Positions 1 through 11,085 of a stretch of DNA of 64,000 nt are shown in pieces. The notes beneath the pieces are model-generated. The model saw nothing but the letters and a program-made list of their open reading frames with translations. It made no database searches and was not told the DNA's origin. Every line of letters begins with the position of its first letter. The stretch's first letter is position 1. Both the position numbers and the translations under genes were made by a program. Source of the DNA: Candidatus Harrisonbacteria bacterium (GTDB lineage: Bacteria; Patescibacteriota; Minisyncoccia; UBA6257; 1-14-0-10-40-38); the NCBI GenBank assembly GCA_023245035.1, contig JAHFLD010000001.1, positions 719 to 64,718 on the forward strand. Reading direction: 5' to 3'.

Positions 1-2
1 TT

Positions 3-1136
3 ATGGAGGTAATTGAATCTTCCATCGCTGCCGCCTATAAAAAAGAATACGAAAAGAAGAGCGAAATAATCAAAGCGAAGTTTGATCAAAAAACCGGCAG
101 CTTGAATTTTTGGCAGATAAAAACCGTAGTCACCGAAGACATGGTACGAATGGTTAGCGAAGACGAGGAAGAGCCATCCGCGCCAGTAAACGATGTCGGC
201 ATTGCCGAAGAAGAAAAACTGCCTCGATACAACCCCGACCGACACATCTTGCTTAATGAAGCAAAGAAAATAAAACCAGACGCGGCTCCCGGCGAGGAAA
301 TGCTATTCGCGCTGGAAACCCACGAGGATTTCGGCCGCATCGCGGCTCAAACCGCCAAACAAGTCATTCTGCAAAAACTACGAGAAGCGGAACGCGACTC
401 GGTACTCAAGGAATTTCAAAATCGCGAGGGTGAAATAGTAAGTGGCGTTGTCCAGCGATTTGACCAGGGCAACGTCTTTATCGATCTAGGACGCGCGAGC
501 GGAATTATGTTCTACAACGAGACCATTCCCGGAGAGCACTACCGCCCCGGCGAGCGACTCCGCTTCCTTATAGTCAGTATTCAAAATGAAACTAGAATCC
601 CGGGGATTATCTTGTCGCGATCCCATCCGCGCTTTATCGAAAAACTTTTCGCGCTAGAAGTGCCGGAAGTTTCCGATGGCATGATAGAGGTTAAATCCAT
701 CGCTCGCGAGCCGGGAAGCCGAACCAAAATCGCCGTCGTCTCCAAAAACAATATGGTAGACCCGGTAGGCTCCTGCGTTGGGCCGCGTGGCACTCGGGTT
801 ATGGCCGTCTCCAATGAAATCGGCCAAGAGAAAATTGACATCATTCCTTGGTCTGAAGAACCGACTGAATTTATCTCCAACGCCTTATCTCCGGCTAAAG
901 TAAAAGAAGTCAAAATTCTACCACACCGCGAAGCTCAAGTTTTCGTACCCGAAGATCAATTAAGTTTGGCTATCGGGCGCGGCGGCCAAAACGTGCGCCT
1001 CGCCGCCAAATTAACCGGTTGGAAGATTGACGTTCGCTCGGAAGCCCGACCCAACGAGATTAATATGGAAGGAATCGCTCAAACCGATCACCAACCGGAA
1101 TCACCCAAAGAAAAAGTCGTCAAAGATAACAAATAA
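3..1136 (+). CDS. nusA: Transcription termination/antitermination factor NusA (probably 5'-truncated by window edge)
   Basis: [14 protein letters not shown]1 and KH motifs ([43 protein letters not shown]). Confidence 0.97.
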   Translation: MEVIESSIAAAYKKEYEKKSEIIKAKFDQKTGSLNFWQIKTVVTEDMVRMVSEDEEEPSAPVNDVGIAEEEKLPRYNPDRHILLNEAKKIKPDAAPGEEMLFALETHEDFGRIAAQTAKQVILQKLREAERDSVLKEFQNREGEIVSGVVQRFDQGNVFIDLGRASGIMFYNETIPGEHYRPGERLRFLIVSIQNETRIPGIILSRSHPRFIEKLFALEVPEVSDGMIEVKSIAREPGSRTKIAVVSKNNMVDPVGSCVGPRGTRVMAVSNEIGQEKIDIIPWSEEPTEFISNALSPAKVKEVKILPHREAQVFVPEDQLSLAIGRGGQNVRLAAKLTGWKIDVRSEARPNEINMEGIAQTDHQPESPKEKVVKDNK

Positions 1137-1143
1137 TAAGATT

Positions 1144-3126
1144 ATGACTTCATTATATACACTAATATTCGCGCCCATTGCCATCGCTGTTGCTTATAGT
1201 ATCGGTGTCATGTTTTGGTTAAAGAAAAAACCGCAGGGTAATGAAAAAATGCAAGAAATCTCGGCCGCCATCCTTCAAGGATCAAACGCCTACTTAGCTC
1301 GCCAAACCAAAGCCGTGAGCGTAGTGGCGATTGTCCTCGCAATCATACTCTGGTACGCACTCGGTCACATCGTCGCGCTTGGATTCATTATTGGCGCCAT
1401 CGCCTCGGGTATCGCCGGCTATATTGGGATGCAAGTCGCGGTTCGATCCAACGCCCGCACCGCCGCCAGCGCCGAACACGGCATGGGAACCGCTCTTAAC
1501 CTTGCTTTTAAAGCCGGATCGGTAACCGGATTCTTGGTTGTCGCCCTGGGATTGTTAGCTGTGGCCGGATTTTATCTGTGGACTGGAAGCATTGAGGCCT
1601 TAATTGGCTTGAGTTTTGGCGCCAGCTTAATTTCAATCTTCGCTCGTCTGGGCGGTGGTATCTTCACCAAGGCCGCCGATGTCGGCACCGACCTCGTTGG
1701 CAAGGTAGAAGCCGGAATTCCTGAAGATGATCCACGAAATCCAGGTGTTATCGCCGACAACGTCGGTGACAACGTTGGCGATTGCGCCGGTATGGCTGCC
1801 GATCTTTTTGAGACTTATGCCGTAACCTTGACTGCTGCCATCATCTTGGGAGCCGGTACCGTCACCGGTAGCCAAACCGTCTTCCCGCTCGTTTTGGGGA
1901 GTCTCGCTATCATCGCCTCACTCGTCGGCAGTCTGTTCGTAAAACTCGGCAAAAACAAGAAATCCATCATGGGCGCCCTCTATAAAGGGCTTATCGGCTC
2001 CATGGTCATCGCCACGGGACTCTTCTATTGGGCTGCAAAATTTTTCTTTGCCGATAAGTTCCAGCCGGTCTTCTGGAGCTCTGTCGTCGGACTCGTAGTT
2101 ACCGCACTCATGGTACTGATTACCGACTACTATACCGCCAAAAAATATCGTCCGGTAAAATCAATCGCCAAAGCCTCAAACTCCGGACATGGAACCAACA
2201 TTATTATGGGTCTCGCGGTCAGTTTGGAATCAACCGTTCTCCCAATATTGGTGATTGGCGGTGGAATTTTGGCGAGTTACTGGTTTATGGGTCTCTACGG
2301 CATCGCCATCGCCGCCACCTCCATGCTCTCGGTAGCCGGTATTATTGTTGCCATTGACTCCTTTGGCCCAATCACCGACAACGCCGGCGGTATCGCCGAG
2401 ATGTCCCAAGCCCCGCATTCGGTTCGAGTCATCACCGACGCTCTTGATGCCGTCGGCAACACCACCAAGGCGATTACCAAGGGTTATGCCATCGCCTCCG
2501 CCGGACTCGCGGCCCTAGTGCTTTTTGCGGGATATACGGAAAAATTAGCCAGCGGGCTTGGTGGTATCGCGCTTCGCTTTGATCTGGAAAATCCCTATGT
2601 CTTAGTGGGACTTTTCCTCGGTGGCGCCATCCCATACCTCTTCGGTTCCATTGCCATGCGTGCCGTTGGTGTAACCGCCGGAGCGGTAGTGGAAGAAGTT
2701 CGCCGGCAATTTCGGGAAATCAAAGGAATTTTGGAGGGAACCGCTAAACCGGATTACAGTCGAGCGGTTGATATCGTCACCAAGGCCGCTTTGCGAAAAA
2801 TGATCGTACCGGCAGTCTTTCCCATAGTCTGCGTCATCGCCGTGGGACTGCTCCTGGGTGCCGAAGCCCTGGGCGGACTCTTAATTGGCTCCATTATTTC
2901 CGGTCTCTTTATCGGCATCTCAATGACCACCGGTGGCGCCGCTTGGGACAACGCTAAAAAGTATATTGAAGAGGGAAACTATGGCGGCAAGGGATCCGAG
3001 GCTCACAAGGCCGCGGTTACCGGAGATACCGTTGGCGACCCCTACAAGGACACCGCCGGACCGGCCATCAATCCACTCATCAAAGTCATCAACATCGTCG
3101 CCTTGCTTTTGGTTCCGTTTTTGTAG
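1144..3126 (+). CDS. hppA: Membrane-bound H+-translocating pyrophosphatase, K+-independent type
   Basis: [45 protein letters not shown] (Lys at the K+-dependence position), [11 protein letters not shown]; start moved to ATG 1144 after the nusA stop. Confidence 0.95.
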   Translation: MTSLYTLIFAPIAIAVAYSIGVMFWLKKKPQGNEKMQEISAAILQGSNAYLARQTKAVSVVAIVLAIILWYALGHIVALGFIIGAIASGIAGYIGMQVAVRSNARTAASAEHGMGTALNLAFKAGSVTGFLVVALGLLAVAGFYLWTGSIEALIGLSFGASLISIFARLGGGIFTKAADVGTDLVGKVEAGIPEDDPRNPGVIADNVGDNVGDCAGMAADLFETYAVTLTAAIILGAGTVTGSQTVFPLVLGSLAIIASLVGSLFVKLGKNKKSIMGALYKGLIGSMVIATGLFYWAAKFFFADKFQPVFWSSVVGLVVTALMVLITDYYTAKKYRPVKSIAKASNSGHGTNIIMGLAVSLESTVLPILVIGGGILASYWFMGLYGIAIAATSMLSVAGIIVAIDSFGPITDNAGGIAEMSQAPHSVRVITDALDAVGNTTKAITKGYAIASAGLAALVLFAGYTEKLASGLGGIALRFDLENPYVLVGLFLGGAIPYLFGSIAMRAVGVTAGAVVEEVRRQFREIKGILEGTAKPDYSRAVDIVTKAALRKMIVPAVFPIVCVIAVGLLLGAEALGGLLIGSIISGLFIGISMTTGGAAWDNAKKYIEEGNYGGKGSEAHKAAVTGDTVGDPYKDTAGPAINPLIKVINIVALLLVPFL

Positions 3127-3195
3127 ACCAAGATAGATTCAATTGTTTCGCCTTCTGTTCGAATATTCATTATTCGCCGATTATCCTCGCTTATC

Positions 3196-4434
3196 ATGAA
3201 ATCATCCTTCAAAAAAAACTCGGGATCAGAAATCGAAGTCAGTGTAACGCTTGATGCCAAAGAATTCGAAGTTTACTGGAATCGAGCTCTTGAAGAAGCC
3301 CGCGGCAAGCTGGACATTAAAGGTTTTCGCCAGGGAACCGCTCCCACCACCCTGGCCGACCGCTACCTCAATAAAGACGCGGTCTTTGAACGCGCCGCGA
3401 ACACCGCGGTTCGAGCCACGCTCAACAGCATCGCCCTGGAAAACGAATGGACTCTTATCGACACGCCAAAAGTTGAGCTATTGGAAAATCAAAAAGATAA
3501 TGAATTGGGACTTACCTACAAAACCCAAATCACCATCTTGCCCCAAGTAAATCTCGGAGAATATAAAAAAACAGCCAAAAAAATCCTGGCCGAGAAAAAA
3601 CCAGTCGTGGTAGCTGAAGCGGAAATCGATAAATCGCTCAAATGGATACTCGAGTCGCGAGCCACGCAAGTCGCCGTCAGCAGAGACTCAAAAAAGGGAG
3701 ATGTGATTGAGATCGATGTTATTACCGAATGCGAAGGCAAATTAGTTCCCAACGCCCAGCTCAAAAAAGAAAAATTCACGATAGGGGAGAGTCAATTTAT
3801 ACCCGGCTTTGATGAACAACTCGAAAACCGCAAATCAGGCCAAGAAATCAGCTTTGAACTCAAAACACCCCAAGATTATTGGAATAAGGATCTCCAAAAC
3901 AAAACCCTGTCTTTCAAAATCCAGATTCATGGAGTCTACGAAAAGACTTTACCGGCTTTAGATGAAGCCTTTGCCCAAAGCTTGGGACCGGAATTCAAAA
4001 CCGTAGCCGATCTGCGCCAGAGTATAAAGACCGGCATTCTGGAAGAAAAGGAAGAAAAGGAAAGACAGCGTCTCCACTTAAAAATTCTGGAGGAAATTGC
4101 CCGCGACGCCAAGATAGACATCCCGGAAATCATGATTGAAAAAACCGTGAGCAACATGAGCTCCGACTACGGCGCCATGCTCGCCAAAACCGGAAAATCC
4201 GCCGAAGAAATAAAAACCACTCTCCGCCCCCAAGCCGTAAAAAGCATTGAGCACAACCTCATTATCCACGCCATCGCCCAACTCGAAAATCTAGCGCCGA
4301 CGCCGGAAGAAGTCGCCGCCGCGACTGCCAGCTACAAACATCAGGGGAAAATTGACCCCCGGGAGGCCTACGATTATAGTTATGGTGTTCTGCAAAACAA
4401 AAAAGTCTTTCAATTTTTTGATCAACTTAAATAA
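3196..4434 (+). CDS. tig: Trigger factor
   Basis: IKGFRQG ribosome-binding motif, FKBP-like FIPGFDEQL; upstream of clpP. Confidence 0.93.
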   Translation: MKSSFKKNSGSEIEVSVTLDAKEFEVYWNRALEEARGKLDIKGFRQGTAPTTLADRYLNKDAVFERAANTAVRATLNSIALENEWTLIDTPKVELLENQKDNELGLTYKTQITILPQVNLGEYKKTAKKILAEKKPVVVAEAEIDKSLKWILESRATQVAVSRDSKKGDVIEIDVITECEGKLVPNAQLKKEKFTIGESQFIPGFDEQLENRKSGQEISFELKTPQDYWNKDLQNKTLSFKIQIHGVYEKTLPALDEAFAQSLGPEFKTVADLRQSIKTGILEEKEEKERQRLHLKILEEIARDAKIDIPEIMIEKTVSNMSSDYGAMLAKTGKSAEEIKTTLRPQAVKSIEHNLIIHAIAQLENLAPTPEEVAAATASYKHQGKIDPREAYDYSYGVLQNKKVFQFFDQLK

Positions 4435-4436
4435 TC

Positions 4437-5048
4437 ATGAACAAAAAAGAAGTTGTCACCAATGAATATCTGATTCCAACCGTCATCGAAAAATCCCAAT
4501 TTGGCGAACGAGCCTACGACATCTACTCCCGCCTGCTCAAAGAACGGATTATTTTTCTTGGCGGACCGATTAACGACGGCATCGCCAATATCGTCATCGC
4601 CCAGTTACTATTCTTGGAACACGAAGATCCCAAAAAAGAAATCAAGCTCTACATCAACAGCCCCGGCGGATCGGTGACTGCCGGCCTGGCAATTTACGAC
4701 GCCATCCAATACGTCAAACCGGAAGTCTCCACCATCTGCGTCGGCCTCGCTGCCTCCATGGGCGCGGTGCTTCTGGGCGCCGGCGCCAAGGGTAAACGAC
4801 TCGCTCTGCCAAATTGTGAAATTCTACTCCACCAAATCATGGGCGGAGCCGAAGGACAAGCGATAGAGATTGATATTACCGCTCGTCAAATCATCAAGCT
4901 CAAAACCAGGTTGAACCAAATTATCGCGCGCCACACCGGTCAATCGCTAAACAAAATAGAAAAGGATACCGATCGCGACTTCTATCTCACAGCCGACGAA
5001 GCCAAAGAATACGGCCTCATCGACGAGATTATCAAGACCAAAAAATAA
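4437..5048 (+). CDS. clpP: ATP-dependent Clp protease proteolytic subunit
   Basis: [37 protein letters not shown]. Confidence 0.98.
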   Translation: MNKKEVVTNEYLIPTVIEKSQFGERAYDIYSRLLKERIIFLGGPINDGIANIVIAQLLFLEHEDPKKEIKLYINSPGGSVTAGLAIYDAIQYVKPEVSTICVGLAASMGAVLLGAGAKGKRLALPNCEILLHQIMGGAEGQAIEIDITARQIIKLKTRLNQIIARHTGQSLNKIEKDTDRDFYLTADEAKEYGLIDEIIKTKK

Positions 5049-5085
5049 AACCCCACGCTTAGAATTCCATAAAAAAGCCATCAAG

Positions 5086-6300
5086 ATGATCACTCCCATT
5101 CTCGACGAAAAATTAGTCAAAGAAACTCTGGAGCGGGGGATTGAACGCATCTATCCTTCAACATCCGGCCTGGAAAACGCCCTCCAAAGCGGGAAGCCAC
5201 TGCGCTTTTATTACGGCATTGACCCTACTAGTCCAAACCTCCACCTTGGCCACACGATACCTCTTTTCATTTTGCGTCGTCTCCAAAAACTCGGTCACGA
5301 GATCACCATTTTGATTGGGGATTTTACCGCGATGATCGGCGACCCAACGGAAAAGTCACAAACTCGCGTCCAATTAAGCGAGGGCGAGGTCAAGGAAAAT
5401 CTCAAGACCTACAAGAAACAGCTGGCCAAGGTAATTGATTTTTCCGGCCCCAATCCGGCCAGAATTAAATTTAATTCTAAATGGCTTAAAAAACTTTCTC
5501 TCTCGGATGTTATCCGTCTCGCCGCCAACACCACCGTTCAGCAAATGATCCAGCGAGACATGTTTCAAGACCGCATAAAGCACGAATTGCCGATCGGTCT
5601 TCATGAGTTTCTCTACCCGCTCCTGCAGGGCTATGACTCCGTGGCTTTGGATACCGACGGCGAGATTGGCGGCAACGACCAAACTTTTAACATGCTGGTT
5701 GGTCGCGACTTGCTAAAAACCTACCGCCAAAAAGAAAAATTTGTCATCGCCGCCAAACTGCTCGTCAATCCCAAAACCGGCAAAAAAATGAGCAAGACCG
5801 AGGGTGAGGTCATTAACCTCGCCGACGAACCGGAAATAATTTTTGGCAAAATCATGGCCCAAGAAGATGGCCTTATTTTGCCGCTTGCCGAATTGGCCAC
5901 CGAACTACCGATGGAGCGAATACGCGCGATTGAAGCCGAAATCAAATCCGGCAAGAATCCGCGCGACGCCAAAATGGAAATCGCGGGAGCAATCGTGGAA
6001 TTGCTTTATAGCAAAGAAGCGGCCAAACGCGCCAAACGAGAATTCGTCAAAGTTTTCAGAGAAAAAAAAGCGCCCTCGGCGATGAAAGAAATCAAACCGA
6101 CCAGCAATCCGATAGCCCTACTGGATCTCGTAATGCAAAGTGGCTTCGCGGATAGCAAGAGCGCCGCCCGTCGCTTGATAGAACAAGGAGCGGTGCGTCT
6201 TGATGACGCAAAAAAAACCGACTCCGAGGAACTCATCTCAATTGCCAAAAAAACGGTCCTGCAAGTCGGCCCGCGAAATTTTATTCGAATTTCTCCATAA
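5086..6300 (+). CDS. tyrS: Tyrosyl-tRNA synthetase
   Basis: GIDPTSPNLHLGH, YPLLQGYDS, GGNDQ, KMSKT, C-terminal S4 domain. Confidence 0.97.
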   Translation: MITPILDEKLVKETLERGIERIYPSTSGLENALQSGKPLRFYYGIDPTSPNLHLGHTIPLFILRRLQKLGHEITILIGDFTAMIGDPTEKSQTRVQLSEGEVKENLKTYKKQLAKVIDFSGPNPARIKFNSKWLKKLSLSDVIRLAANTTVQQMIQRDMFQDRIKHELPIGLHEFLYPLLQGYDSVALDTDGEIGGNDQTFNMLVGRDLLKTYRQKEKFVIAAKLLVNPKTGKKMSKTEGEVINLADEPEIIFGKIMAQEDGLILPLAELATELPMERIRAIEAEIKSGKNPRDAKMEIAGAIVELLYSKEAAKRAKREFVKVFREKKAPSAMKEIKPTSNPIALLDLVMQSGFADSKSAARRLIEQGAVRLDDAKKTDSEELISIAKKTVLQVGPRNFIRISP

Positions 6301-6359
6301 GCAGCATCCAATACTCGCTGAAAAACATTTTGCCCTTCCAAAGCTAGCAACTATATTTT

Positions 6360-6556
6360 TGAGCGGGTAAGGGGAATCTCACACGTCGCTTCCCTGCCTG
6401 CCGGCAGGCAGGGCTCCTTTTCAAACCCCTCGGTTTGAATAATTCCGCCACGGGAAAACTGTAGTTTTCCCGACCCCTTTCCTCTTCGATTCCCCTCATT
6501 TACTAGCACAAGTCTAAAAACAAAACCCGCACTAAGGGCGGGAATTGTTTTTAGAT
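6360..6556 (-). repeat. Palindromic element downstream of tRNA-Gly with 19-bp direct duplication of the tRNA 3' end
   Basis: 6360-6378 identical to 6556-6574; inverted T-arm copy 6485-6496; perfect palindrome CCCTGCCTGCCGGCAGGCAGGG 6392-6413; several hairpins. Confidence 0.8.
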
Positions 6557-6557
6557 G

Positions 6558-6628
6558 AGCGGGTAAGGGGAATCGAACCCCTGTCAACAGGTTGGAAACC
6601 TGTGGTATTGCCACTATACTATACCCGC
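6558..6628 (-). tRNA. tRNA-Gly(TCC)
   Basis: Reverse complement GCGGGTA...ACAGG TTTCCAA CCTGT...GGTTCGATTCC...TACCCGCT folds as a cloverleaf. Confidence 0.93.
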
Positions 6629-6680
6629 AAAAAGATCAGATATTTGCTTAATATCTTACTTTTTTCCTATAATAATTTCA

Positions 6681-7280
6681 ATGTCTAAACGGCAAAAGCT
6701 CACTCTGGCGATCGTTGCCGGATTCATTGGTATTGGCGGCGGGGTCTATCTTGCCGCTCGTCTTTTGATACCCACCGCCTACATCCCGCCGGTATTTTCC
6801 GAAGCGCGGATTAACGGCGCAGGCTTTGCCAAAAATATCGTCTCCCTTTTGGAAGAGTCAGTGCGTCATCTTCAAGAGATTGCCGCTTTTGACAGGGAAG
6901 GCAACGCGCCAGAGGCCCTAACCTTGATCTCGCAGGAGGTCATCAAAAACCGAAACATCCAACAAGAAGCCATCAAACTATCCTCGGAGTTGGAAAAAAT
7001 GGCGCGAGCCATCCCCGAAGTCCGCCCCGATTCAGCTCGTTTCGCGGCCACCGAAGCTTTGAGTTCCGAAATCGCCCTCGTTAGCCACCTACTAAACTAC
7101 ACCGCCGCCCTGCGCGAGCTATTTGATGTCTTGCGTTCAAAACTCAACCGAACAACGGCCACCGAAGAACAAGTGCGCAGTCTTATCGCCGGCATCAACC
7201 GTGAAGCCGAAGCCATCAACGATCTCAATCAGAAGTTTAACAACGCCTTGCAGGAATTAGACAACGCCATCTTAAAATAA
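6681..7280 (+). CDS. Hypothetical N-terminally membrane-anchored helical/coiled-coil protein
   Basis: 199-aa ORF, N-terminal TM segment, helical periodicity; TATAAT 7 nt upstream of ATG. Confidence 0.75.
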   Translation: MSKRQKLTLAIVAGFIGIGGGVYLAARLLIPTAYIPPVFSEARINGAGFAKNIVSLLEESVRHLQEIAAFDREGNAPEALTLISQEVIKNRNIQQEAIKLSSELEKMARAIPEVRPDSARFAATEALSSEIALVSHLLNYTAALRELFDVLRSKLNRTTATEEQVRSLIAGINREAEAINDLNQKFNNALQELDNAILK

Positions 7281-7322
7281 GCTCGCTGGTAGTTCGCCTT
7301 AGAATCTGATATAAAAAGATAA

Positions 7323-7393
7323 CGGAGAGTAGTGTAATGGTAGCACGAGTCCTTTGGGAGGATTTAGTTCGGGTTCGAATCCCGGCTCTCCGA
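7323..7393 (+). tRNA. tRNA-Pro(TGG)
   Basis: CGGAGAG/CTCTCCG acceptor stem, anticodon arm AGTCC TTTGGGA GGATT, GGTTCGAATCC. Confidence 0.92.
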
Positions 7394-7394
7394 C

Positions 7395-7469
7395 GCCCTT
7401 GTAGCTTAATGGATAAAGCAGGACTCTTCTAAGGTCTTGATGGGGGTTCGATTCCCTCCGAGGGCACCA
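7395..7469 (+). tRNA. tRNA-Arg(TCT)
   Basis: GCCCTTG/CGAGGGC acceptor, loop CTTCTAA, T-arm GGTTCGATTCC, encoded CCA. Confidence 0.93.
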
Positions 7470-7486
7470 AGATCTGACTTTCCACG

Positions 7487-7942
7487 ATGAACACCTGTAT
7501 TTTTTGCAAAATAGTTAAGGGCGAAATGCCAGCCCACAAAATTTGGGAGGATGAAAAACATCTGGCCTTTCTTTCTATCTTCCCAAACACTAAGGGATTT
7601 TCGGTAGTCATCGCCAAAGAACACTACCCATCGTACGCTTTTGATTTACCGGAAAAGGTTTTAAGCGACTTGATAATCGCCACTAAAAAGGTGGCAAAAT
7701 TGCTTGATGCGAAATTAAAAGATGTTGGGCGCACCGGTATGATTTTTGAAGGCTTCGGCGTTGATCACATCCACGCCAAACTTTTCCCGATGCACGGCAC
7801 CAACATTCCGGAATGGCGCCCGCTAAAATCAAACATTGCAAAGTATTTTGAAAAATATGAAGGATACATCTCATCTCACGACTACAAACGAGCTGATGAT
7901 GCGCAGCTCGCAGAGCTCGCCAAAAAAATAAGAGAAGGCTAA
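7487..7942 (+). CDS. HIT family nucleotide hydrolase
   Basis: CIFCKIVKGE N-terminus, AFLSIFP, variant triad DHIHAK. Confidence 0.88.
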   Translation: MNTCIFCKIVKGEMPAHKIWEDEKHLAFLSIFPNTKGFSVVIAKEHYPSYAFDLPEKVLSDLIIATKKVAKLLDAKLKDVGRTGMIFEGFGVDHIHAKLFPMHGTNIPEWRPLKSNIAKYFEKYEGYISSHDYKRADDAQLAELAKKIREG

Positions 7943-7954
7943 TAAAAACACTCA

Positions 7955-8267
7955 AAACCACTTGCTCTAGATTTTTTGATAGAGCAAGGCGTGAACTAGG
8001 AAGCGAGTTGTCTATGCAAGGTCAGCTCTCTGGTTTCGATGGTTTTTGCCGCGCTACGAGGCGCGGATGAGTATCCGACGGAGCCGTATAAATCTTATAC
8101 GGCGACAAGGAAGGGAAGCCGCAACAAAGTAGCGCGGCAAGAATACAAGAAACCACTTGCGCCAGATTTTTTGATAGAGCAAGGCGCGAGTGAGCACCAA
8201 ACCGAGCTGTGCTAAGTCAAGCACAGCGAGGGCGGAGCGGAACGAGCAACGTGGCTATATCAAAAAA
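7955..8267. repeat. Cluster of related imperfect palindromic (REP/MITE-like) elements between convergent genes
   Basis: 40-bp direct repeat 7955-7994 / 8150-8189 (3 mismatches); hairpins 8046-8140 and 8167-8267 with shared internal motifs. Confidence 0.75.
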
Positions 8268-8278
8268 GATAAGCAAGA

Positions 8279-10762
8279 TTAGCCACAACGGGAGAAGCCG
8301 CATTGGCGGCAACTCATACACCCCTCCCCCAAAGTTAATTGCGCTCCGCAATCCGGACACCCGGGCATGGCTCCAAAATCAGCAATCTGTTTGCGCTCCG
8401 CGCCGGCATAATGCGCTATAAGCTCCTCCTTAAGCGAAGAACCCACGGTCACCAACTCTCCGGCACCCTCGGCAAAATCAGCCGAAACCGGCACCTTGCT
8501 TCGCGCATGATCCTCCAAAATCTGCCCGATCGCGTCCGAGAGCGAAAGCACCGTGCCCTTGTTGGTCAAAACCGGCATCGGCCCGCGAATACCTTTCAAA
8601 TCTTTAATAATCTCGCCCGCCTTAATTCCGGATCGCAACGCCAAAGAAATCAATCGGCAAATACCCTCGCTCACCTCCTGATAAAATCCGCCGCTCTTGC
8701 CGATGGTGGCAAAGACCTCAAATGGCGCTCCGGCATCATCGTCATTGACGGTTACATATAAGTTGCCATAGCCGGTTTTAATTCGATACGTCTTGCCGCT
8801 CATCACCTCCGGCCGCAAGCGGGGATTGAGCTTGCCCTCGTCGGTCACAATCGTAGCTACCGGCTTTTCCACCACAGTCACCGGTTTGACCTCGCCCTTT
8901 TGCGCCGGCCCTTGGTTTGGCGCCAAAATATTTTCTCCAGTGCCAAGATTTAAGATCTGTACTTCTCGACTGCCGTCGCGATAAAAAGTCATTCCTTTGC
9001 ACTTCAATCTCCACGCCAGAACATAGCCAGCCGCAACCTCTTCGCGAGTCGCCGAATTGGGAAAGTTGATTGTTTTGGAGATTGAATTGTCTACGTGTTT
9101 CTGAAAAGCCGCCTGCATCTTTATGTGATCCTCGGCTGAAATGTCCATTGAAACTACAAAAGTACTTCGCAAATCTTGGGGAAGATCGGTCAATCTTTGA
9201 ATGGAGCCTGTTTTGACCAACTCATCCATAATGCCGCTTTTCTTCAGATCAATGCCTCGCTTTTTTAACGCCTCGGCAAAGATCGGATTCAGATACTGAT
9301 ATTGCTGGCCATCCTTGTCTTGCTTGGTAAAAAACAAAGCAAAATTTGGCTCAATTCCGGAACTGCAATCGGTAAACATCGAAATTGATCCGGTTGGCGC
9401 CACCGTAGTCAAAGCCGCATTTCGCATTTTGATTTTTTTCTTACCCCAAACACTATCCTTCCACAAAGAAAAAACCCCTTTTTCTTTGGCTAATTTAACA
9501 CTCATGGCATGCGCCTCCTTATTAACAAAGGCCATCACCTTCTCTCCCCAGGCGCGCCCCGCGTCAGAATTATATTGAACGCCCAACCTGAACAACATAT
9601 CGGCAAAGCCCATAATTCCCAAACCAATCCGCCGCGTGCCTCGAGCCCGCTCCGTGACTTTTTCCACCGGGTGGGCATATAAATCAATCACATTATCGTG
9701 CAATCTCGTTGCTATGTGGACCACCTGCCTCAAACGATTCCAGTTCATCTTCCCCTCATTCACAAAAGCCGAAAGGTTGATTGATCCTAAATTGCAAACA
9801 TCGTAGTGGTGCAAAAACTGCTCTCCGCAAGGATTGGTGGAATCAATTTCGCCAAGTTGGGGCAGGGGATTGGTGCGATTAGCTTCGTCCAAATTAACCA
9901 CCCCCGGCTCACCGTTAGCCCACGCTCCCTCAACTAATCGATCAAACAATTCCTTGGCGGTAATATCCAACTCTTCAAAACCAACCACCGCCCCGTTGCC
10001 AGTGCGCAAAGTCCGGTGCGGTTTTATTTTCTTTCCATTCCAAGTCGCCAGCCACGGTTCGTTTGGTTTTTCGGTAACCGCCTTCATGAATTCATCCGTA
10101 ATCCCAACCGAAACATTGAAGTTCTTGATATCGCCCTCGCGCTTCTTACATTCAATGAAATCAATAATATCCGGATGATGCACCGGCATAATCGCCATAT
10201 TGGCGCCATGCCTACCCTGCTGTTTGATAATGCCAAACGCGTTGTTGTAAATTTTCAAAAATTCAATCGGCCCCGAAGACATGCCATTGGTTCGCTTAGT
10301 CGGACTTCCCGCCGGCCGCAAATGGCCAAAAGAAAAACCCAAACCGGATCCCGCCTGCTGAAGCAAAGCCGCTTCTTTTAAAGTCTGAAAAATCTCATCC
10401 ATCGAGTCCATCACCGGTAATACAATACAGCTCGCGACAATCGGAGTTCCGTTGCCAACATTGGTCAAGGTTCGTCCCGCCGGGGTGTGCTCCTTATTGG
10501 TCATTATGGAAAAGAAATCGGCCTCAATTTTTTTCGCCTCTTGATCGCTCTTGCCATATTTTTCTTTTTCGATTTCCGCCAACCCGCGCGCCACGCGGCG
10601 AAACATCTCTGCCGGAGTCTCTTGCGTTCCATCGGAGCGTTTGGCCAGATAACGCTTCTTCATCATGCGCAAAGCATTTTCGGAAAACGAATCATTGATT
10701 TTTTTATCAATCGCCTTAACGGAAAGAGCGGTCGCCTGTTTGGCGGTAGTTTTTTTGGACAT
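8279..10762 (-). CDS. nrdJ: Class II (adenosylcobalamin-dependent) ribonucleotide reductase
   Basis: STNPCGEQ, CNLGSINL, RRIGLG, VAPTGSIS, DNSISKTIN, C-terminal TGYGNLYVT domain and CPDC..CRQC zinc motif; no beta subunit adjacent. Confidence 0.9.
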   Translation of the reverse strand: MSKKTTAKQATALSVKAIDKKINDSFSENALRMMKKRYLAKRSDGTQETPAEMFRRVARGLAEIEKEKYGKSDQEAKKIEADFFSIMTNKEHTPAGRTLTNVGNGTPIVASCIVLPVMDSMDEIFQTLKEAALLQQAGSGLGFSFGHLRPAGSPTKRTNGMSSGPIEFLKIYNNAFGIIKQQGRHGANMAIMPVHHPDIIDFIECKKREGDIKNFNVSVGITDEFMKAVTEKPNEPWLATWNGKKIKPHRTLRTGNGAVVGFEELDITAKELFDRLVEGAWANGEPGVVNLDEANRTNPLPQLGEIDSTNPCGEQFLHHYDVCNLGSINLSAFVNEGKMNWNRLRQVVHIATRLHDNVIDLYAHPVEKVTERARGTRRIGLGIMGFADMLFRLGVQYNSDAGRAWGEKVMAFVNKEAHAMSVKLAKEKGVFSLWKDSVWGKKKIKMRNAALTTVAPTGSISMFTDCSSGIEPNFALFFTKQDKDGQQYQYLNPIFAEALKKRGIDLKKSGIMDELVKTGSIQRLTDLPQDLRSTFVVSMDISAEDHIKMQAAFQKHVDNSISKTINFPNSATREEVAAGYVLAWRLKCKGMTFYRDGSREVQILNLGTGENILAPNQGPAQKGEVKPVTVVEKPVATIVTDEGKLNPRLRPEVMSGKTYRIKTGYGNLYVTVNDDDAGAPFEVFATIGKSGGFYQEVSEGICRLISLALRSGIKAGEIIKDLKGIRGPMPVLTNKGTVLSLSDAIGQILEDHARSKVPVSADFAEGAGELVTVGSSLKEELIAHYAGAERKQIADFGAMPGCPDCGAQLTLGEGCMSCRQCGFSRCG

Positions 10763-10838
10763 AAAACTCGGAAATTTGATGAATAATTTATTGGTTAATT
10801 CTTTGGCTATTATACCCCCACCGCCGACTCTAGAGAAA

Positions 10839-10858
10839 TGTGCATAAGAGGTGGATAA
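10839..10858. promoter_or_regulatory. Two DnaA-box-like 9-mers upstream of nrdJ
   Basis: TGTGCATAA (10839-10847) and GGTGGATAA (10850-10858), each 1 mismatch from TGTGGATAA; minus-strand TATAAT at 10809-10814. Confidence 0.55.
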
Positions 10859-11010
10859 CGTAAAAATGAAATATGCAAAAATGAGAATCCACCCAAGTCA
10901 AAGCCAGATCTCAAAAAACCCCATAAAAGTCTAAAAACTCTTGAGAAAAACCAAAAAATATTGCTTTTTGTGGCCTTTCGCCATAAAGTAAATGCAGTTT
11001 TTGCAAAAAA

Positions 11011-11085
11011 GCCGCGGTAGCTCAGTGGTAGAGCGCAGCCCTGAAGAGGCTGGCGTCGGGGGTTCGATTCCCTCCCGCGGCACCA
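11011..11085 (+). tRNA. tRNA-Phe(GAA)
   Basis: GCCGCGG acceptor, CAGCC CTGAAGA GGCTG, T-arm, encoded CCA. Confidence 0.95.

Noticed and set aside
1027-1143. ORF-track N-terminal extensions of hppA (likewise yebC, pyrE, M23 peptidase, ORF 60629)
   Set aside because: They overlap neighbouring genes or promoters; family N-termini or SD positions indicate later starts.
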